The position numbers were made by a program, and so were the translations under genes. From positions 17,732,001 through 17,796,000 of the forward strand of contig NC_043013.1 of the NCBI RefSeq assembly GCF_006345805.1: a stretch of 64,000 nucleotides of DNA, in the 5' to 3' direction. Each line of letters begins with the position of its first letter. Position 1 is the stretch's first letter. The notes under the pieces were generated by a model. That model was given only the letters and a program-made list of their open reading frames with translations, searched no databases and had not been told where the DNA came from. The stretch comes from Octopus sinensis. Lineage: Eukaryota. Positions 58,001-64,000 of the stretch are shown in pieces.

Positions 58001-58552
58001 GGTCAGTCTGGAGTTGGGGTATTGGCATAGGCTGTGGAATGCATGGCTGCTGCTGCTGCTGTTGTTGTTCGAGAATGTTTGTTGTGTTTGGTATTAGGGG
58101 GATGTTTAAAGGAGGAGCTGGTTGATAGAGTGGAATCCATTCTCCTGAAATAGACAAATAAAGAAAAAAAAAAATGAAAACCCCATCATGAGCCAAGACT
58201 TCAATCTAGTTTTAGTTTGTGTGAGTATGTGTGGAATATAAAAATCACAATAAAAAACAGGCAAGGGTTGGTGACAGGAAGTGCACCAGGCTGTAAAATT
58301 TCACCTCAAAATCAATTCTTGTCCAAGCCACACTAACATGGAAAATGGATGTTAAAAGAAATCAACAAATGAGTAATATATATATATTAGGCGCAGGAGT
58401 GGCTGTGTGGTAAGTAGCTTGTTTACCAGCCACATGGTTCCGGGTTCAGTCCCACTGCGTGGCACCTTGGGTAAGTGTCTTCTTCTATAGCCTCGGGCCG
58501 ACCAAAACCTTGTGAGTGGATTTGGTAGGCGGAAACTGAAAGAAGCCCGTTG

Positions 58553-58603
<51 letters not shown>

Positions 58604-60379
58604 TTGTGTGTCTGTGTTTGTTCCCCTAGCGTTGCTTGACAACCGATGCTGGTGTGTTTATGTCCCCGTTACTTAGCGGTTCGGCAAAAGAGACCGATAG
58701 AATAAGTACAGGGCTTACAAAAGAATAAGTCCCGGGGTCGAGTTGCTCGATTAAAGGCGGTGCTCCAGCATGGCCGCAGTCAAATGACTGAAAAGAGTAA
58801 AAGAGTATATATATATACATATATATATATATTGTACAGAGGGCATTATTACACATAAATGCCACACGCTAAGAGGGACATAAGTCATTACTACCAAAAT
58901 TTAACTAATCATACCTAATTAGGTATGATTAGTTACATTTTGGTAGTAATAACTTATGTCCCTCTTAGTGTGTGGCATTTATGTGTAATAATACCCTCTA
59001 TACAATATAAATAAATATTTTCAAGTGAAAAAATTATTTTCGAATTTTTTCTCTTATGAGGTTTTTCACGCTAACTACCTGATAATTTCTTGTTAAGATC
59101 CCTTATTAAGATTTTATCCTTAATTGTTAAATATATATATATTTATTTAATCACAGATACACACAACATATATACTTAATGAATACTGAGATATTCGACT
59201 GTTGACAGTCCAACTCAGGTGAACTATTTGTTAAGGTATGTTATGCTTTGGTCTGTCTCTTCCACACACATGTGCATACACACATACACATGCATACACA
59301 CACACTGGAATTAGATAGAAAGACAGAAAAAATCCAAAGAACTGACCTGTTTCAATGTCTTGGGTATAGTTGTCTGCGCGATATTGTTGTTCTAGTCGAC
59401 GCTGTTCTTCTTGTAGTTTCAACTGAATATGTTCATATTGTTTTTGCTAAAACAAAAATAAGACAAACACAACTGTAACTTCTTGGAATGGTCACTGGAA
59501 TTGTTGTTGTTGTTAAATGTGATTGCAACAACTTGATATTGGAATTGGAGTGCAAAGCATGTCAGTATTGAAAGTTTAATTTCTGAATTAATTAATATTT
59601 GAATAAATTTATGTAAATATGTCAGTGTTTAGAGGAAGAATGATGAGAAGCATTCACAGAAAGCAAAAAAAATAGATACATGGTTCTCTGTGTGGAAGCT
59701 GTCATTCTCTCTCTCTGTGACCAAGAAAGAGTAACAGGTCCCTGATGGAGTTTTATTAAAATTTGAAACTAGTCAGTTTGATCCCTTTTCTTGATCAGAT
59801 AAAGAGAATGAAAAAAAAATACCGGTCGTTTAATCATAATATTTACTTTCCCTAAGTTTACTAGAAGCATATGTTTGCATGCTTACACACATGCAACATT
59901 TATAACCAAGTCACTACATTTACTCTGTCAACAATGAACCAGCATTATTTTCTCCTGATATTTAATTTCTTTTAAACATCAAAATGAAATTACAATTATT
60001 ACACATCATAAATATATTTAACATATCTTAAAAACACAACCAACAAACAAGCTATTATGACTTGGCATTTTCTTCACTTATCTATCAGTCACATGATGTT
60101 CTCTCACTAAAATGTCCTCTTCTGAAGATGTAAGCTTCAGTGATGTCAGAAAGAGCCCAAGGGGTGATAAAACACAGCATTTGCTCCCTTTTATGATTAG
60201 AGTGAAAAACGATCACCAAAGGTCAAAGGAGTTTGAAATACACCTACCTTCTCACGCTCCTTTTGCAGGGCGATCTCTTGCTCCCGTTCAAGTTCTCTTC
60301 GCAGTGTGATGTCATAGACCTCTCTCTGGACTCCCAAATCAATATCTTGGAGATAGAGCACATCGATCAAATCAAGGTC
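51169..60379 (-). CDS. cnc: CNC-bZIP transcription factor (CncC/Nrf2/Nrf1 family), partial: join of 60379-60248, 59446-59347, 58144-57951, 57376-57104, 55683-55503, 54512-54300, 53431-53358, 52011-51169 (669 aa in window, N-terminus missing)
   Basis: Neh2-like DLIDVLYLQDIDLG and DIETGE, LIQNATLP, a DSAVCS degron-like motif, and the CNC-bZIP [22 protein letters not shown]...YSLQQSSDGNVFLV. All junctions are GT-AG with matching phases; total 2010 nt. Confidence 0.93.
52316..52385. repeat. Short inverted repeat (27-bp arms) in the last cnc intron
   Basis: actatttcacctgtgtgtaaatccaaa versus tttggatctacacactggagaaatagt. Confidence 0.75.
55813..56046 (-). mobile_element. SINE with 16-bp TSD in a cnc intron
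   Basis: atggaataaaatacct at 55797-55812 and 56047-56062. Same family as 43307-43498. Confidence 0.88.
58388..58805 (+). mobile_element. tRNA-derived SINE with an internal (TA)n(TG)n microsatellite
   Basis: Head ggcgcaggagtggctgtgtggtaag...gggttcagtccc. Related copies at about 31674, 46058 and 47690. Confidence 0.85.
58828..59009. repeat. Spacerless 182-bp palindrome (91-bp arms, 5 mismatches)
   Basis: Centred on cctaa|ttagg (58918/58919); arms compared base by base. Confidence 0.95.
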
Positions 60380-60453
60380 CTACAAATAAATAAATATCAG
60401 CACGATTAGAAAGTGGGTTAGAAGTTGAATATTAATATATGTGTGTGTGTGTG

Positions 60454-60488
<35 letters not shown>

Positions 60489-61339
60489 TGTTTTTTTTTA
60501 TGTTAAATTATAATTGAAATAATTTCCATTAAACTGAAGGATTACTCAATACTTTTTGTAGAATACATATTTATTTTTTCACAAGAATAGTATTCACAAT
60601 TATATTGTGAAAGAATGACTGACAGACAGTCAGACATACACATACATACATACATACATACAAACAAACAATGTACATTGCTGCAATATATATTTTGACT
60701 TCTAAAAGATGACTGGGATAAGATTTGAGTGCAGAAAATAGTGAGGGGGGGGACATAACTGAATGGCATAAGGGAATTGTGTTGGCACACTACAACTTAC
60801 CCTAAAATGACAAATACAGGGAGAACACAAACATGATTACATTGGCAAATGTATATACTAAAACTAGGTCTGTAAAGATTGTGATGTGTGTGTGTGCATG
60901 CATGTGGTGGTGTTTAGTACCAAATTAGTCCTGATTAAACAAATTGATGAAAACATTCCAGCCATGACCATACAGTAATTTTTTTTAGACATAACATACA
61001 CTTTTTCTGGACTATGTAATTCAATGCATACTTTTGGGGAGATTTGTTCGATGTAGTACATTGAGTGACTACAGAGAGGCCTGGTTGTGCGTATTAAAAA
61101 AAAACCCATATTGATCACATGCACTGTACAAAAGTTGCTTGTTATGAGTAGTGTTGTTGTGGTCACTTCTGTCAACAAGTTGTTTCTTTGCTTCATGCTT
61201 TTGAATATGTGTGAAATACAAGAAAAAATGGTTTAATTTGAATTTATGATCAAAAGTATAACCAGCCCTCTTATGAGTACCCTTCATTTATTGGACAATA
61301 AACTTTGCTTTCGAAGTCCTGTTGAGGCAGGTGAAATCA

Positions 61340-61812
61340 AAATTGCTGACGTGGCTGATGACTGTACTGCCTGATTGGCACCCTTGCCAGTGGAATGGTA
61401 ATAGCACCATTCGAGTGTGATTGTTGCTAGAGTCGCTGACTGGCTCCTGTGCCGGTGGCATGTAAAAAGCACCATTCGAGTGTGATCATTGCCAGCGTAA
61501 CCCTACTGGCACATGTGCTGATGGCACGTGAAAAACAACATTCGAGCGTGGTGGTTGCCAGTGCAGCTGGACTGGCTCCTGTACAGGTGGCATGTAAAAA
61601 GCACCATTTGAGTGTGGTCATTGCCAGTACCACCTGACTGGTTCTCATGCTAGTGGCATGTAAAAGCACCCACTACCCTCTTGGAGTGGTTGGCATTAGG
61701 AAGGGCATCCAGCTGTAGAAACTTTGCCAGATCAGATTGGAGCCTGGCGCAGCCTTGCCCTCAGTCAAACCGCCCAACCCATGCCAACATGGAGAGCGGA
61801 CGTTAAATGACA
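61340..61812 (+). mobile_element. RTE-tail-bearing repeat with ~64-bp tandem units
   Basis: Repeated ggtggcatgtaaaaagcaccattcgagtgtg followed by the common tail gttggcattaggaagggcatccagctgtagaaac...ggacgttaaatga. Confidence 0.75.
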
Positions 61813-61992
61813 ATATATATATATATATACACACATACACAAATATATATGTGTGTGTAAATTTGTGTTTGCTCCCCACCATTGCTTGACAATCAGTGTT
61901 CTAGTAACCTAGGAGTTCAGCAAAAAAGACCAAGAGAATAAGTACAAGACTTAACAAAAGATAAATATTGGGGTCAATTTGTTCAACAAAAC

Positions 61993-62365
61993 CTGTGGTT
62001 CTCAACCATATTTTGTCTATGGATCCCTTTGATTCGTATTTTACTCTACTGGACCCCCACATAATCATTCAATGTTTAAAAAAATCCAATCGTATTTTTA
62101 TAATTAAATATTATTAGGATTTGTATTTTTAAAAAATTGTTGAAATATTTTATGTACTGTACAAGTATAACCAATTTGTTGCACATAAACGAAGCCTGGT
62201 GCAGCCATCTGGTTCGCCAGGCCTCAGTCAAATCGTCCAACCCATGCTAGCATGGAAAGCGGACGTTAAACGATGATGATGATGATGATGATATGATGAA
62301 ATGTAAAAAACAAAACCTTATATGGACCCTGGATGGTCAATATGGACCCCAGTTGAGAACAACTG
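61993..62365. mobile_element. hAT-like MITE with 8-bp TSD, nested in a SINE and containing an RTE tail
   Basis: Ends ctgtggttctcaac / gttgagaacaactg. Flanks aacaaaac / aacgaaac. RTE tail at about 62190-62297. Confidence 0.75.
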
Positions 62366-62569
62366 AACGAAACACTTCAAGGCAGTGCCCTAGTATAGCA
62401 GCAATCCCATGGTTGAAACAACTAAAAGGTATATACACGCAGACACATTCTTGAAGAGATCTGCCTGGTTTTCTTGATAATAGAAAGCACTTGACAAAGT
62501 CATTGGTTGCTACACTGACTGATTAGAAATTATCTCCCTTACTAATTAACAGCTGAGGAGCTGTTTTAA

Positions 62570-62785
62570 CCCTTTAGCATTCAAACTGGCCATATTCTGC
62601 CAAATATTCTACTTATTCTATGTTCAAATCAGCCAGACCTGGCCTCTCACACCTATCCTACAATGCCATTCTAAAAATAAAAGGATCATATCATTGAAAT
62701 CTCAAAGCTATGAGATAACGCATGATTAATTCGAAGCATGATAAATAAGCATCATATTTTATAGAGTAACCTGGATGTTGAAGGG
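62570..62785. mobile_element. piggyBac-like MITE
   Basis: TTAA|CCCTTTAGCAT ... ATGTTGAAGGG|TTAA. A decayed relative lies at about 35394-35590. Confidence 0.7.
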
Positions 62786-64000
62786 TTAACCCTGGTTGAA
62801 GTCTACTGATGCTAGAGCAGAACATCTGGAAAAATATGCAAGTGTTCTATTTATTTGAATTAGGACAGGTATAGAAAAAAGTGTTATGTATACATCATCA
62901 TCATCACCATCGGTGTTTTAATGTCAACTTTTCTATGCTTATAAAGGCCAAACAGAATTCACTGAGGCAGGCTTTCTATGCTGAGATACCCTTCCTATCA
63001 CCAACCCTGACCCGTTTTCATAGAAGACTGGAAACAAAGAACATCAGTTATATTGCGTTCATTTACAACTATTGCATGATGACGACAAAAGGACACAAAC
63101 GCATACCCGTATATATATATATATGCATATGTATTTTTGCCTCAGATGCCGTGCAGCAGGACTGAACCTAAAGCCACATGGTTCAGAGACAAATATCATA
63201 ATCACAAAGCTATACTTACAACACAGGAGCATTCCTGCCTATGCACACACACAGGCCCCTCCCCAATATATCTGCCCGATCCTCTTCTAGTAAGGTTTAC
63301 ACAAAAGTACCCCTTCAATTTAACAATTGCTAATCACTCACTACTTCCAATTTCACTGTTGAACTCTTAACAGAAAGGGGAAAAGAGAGAAGAAGGGATT
63401 AAAAAAAAAAAAAAAATCTCCAGCTGCTAAAATATGTACAGAAACACATATGTGTGTGTGTGTGTGTGTTTAAGGCGGTGCTCCAGCATGGCTGCTGTCA
63501 AATGACTGAAACAAGTAGAAGAATAAAAGAATGCACTTGTACAGTCACAAACACACACGACCTTGGAAAGCTGGTGTAAAATTATGTAACCAACAAACCT
63601 ATTGAGGATCAAAAACAATAAACTATAGCAATGGAGAAATAATTCAGAATTCAGAGACCAGTTGTTTAACAGGATTCACAGAGAACAGAAAACAATAAAC
63701 ACCACCGCCGCCACCCAATATTTTGGCCTCAGTTGTCAAAGCCTGGTTTCATGTCATCAAGGTCATAGTAAAACAAATTGTGTTGGAGATATTAAATTAA
63801 AAATGTGACTTGTATATTATGTAAGTGTAGAATGTGAAGGTGGGGTACCAGAACTAACTGAACTAGTACTGACTGATAAAAGAAACTGAGGAAGTTTAAC
63901 TCTTTTGGTGCTAACCTGCCTGAAACTGCCATTAGTTCTACAATACAAATTCCCTAAATTAAAATAATCCTTCAAAATACTGTGTAAATTTGTACCCTAA

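Overview
AT-rich, microsatellite-dense animal genomic DNA. The SINE/RTE repeat families suggest a coleoid cephalopod such as Octopus; this is an inference. Three host genes are supported. (1) The last coding exon of RNA polymerase II subunit RPB3/POLR2C (+, 382-560). (2) A complete intron-containing cytosolic HSC70/HSPA8 gene (+, CDS 30410-33872, 6 coding exons, 652 aa, with an HSE/TATA promoter near 27.95 kb). (3) Eight coding exons of a CNC-bZIP factor of the CncC/Nrf2/Nrf1 family (-, 60379-51169), whose first exon(s) were not identified and probably lie beyond the window. The rest is mostly decayed and nested transposons: mariner, Tc1, piggyBac, hAT- and Merlin-like MITEs, CR1 and RTE LINEs, Penelope-like elements with hammerhead relics, and tRNA-derived SINEs. 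I found no clearly new biological system. The best leads are the modular exon layout of the Keap1-binding degrons of the CNC gene (ETGE split by an intron that carries a 91-bp hairpin), the Nrf1-like run of N-glycosylation sequons, a Penelope element with inverted pLTRs and a decayed hammerhead ribozyme, and unusual regulatory or ncRNA-like elements around the HSC70 promoter. All coordinates were read by eye.
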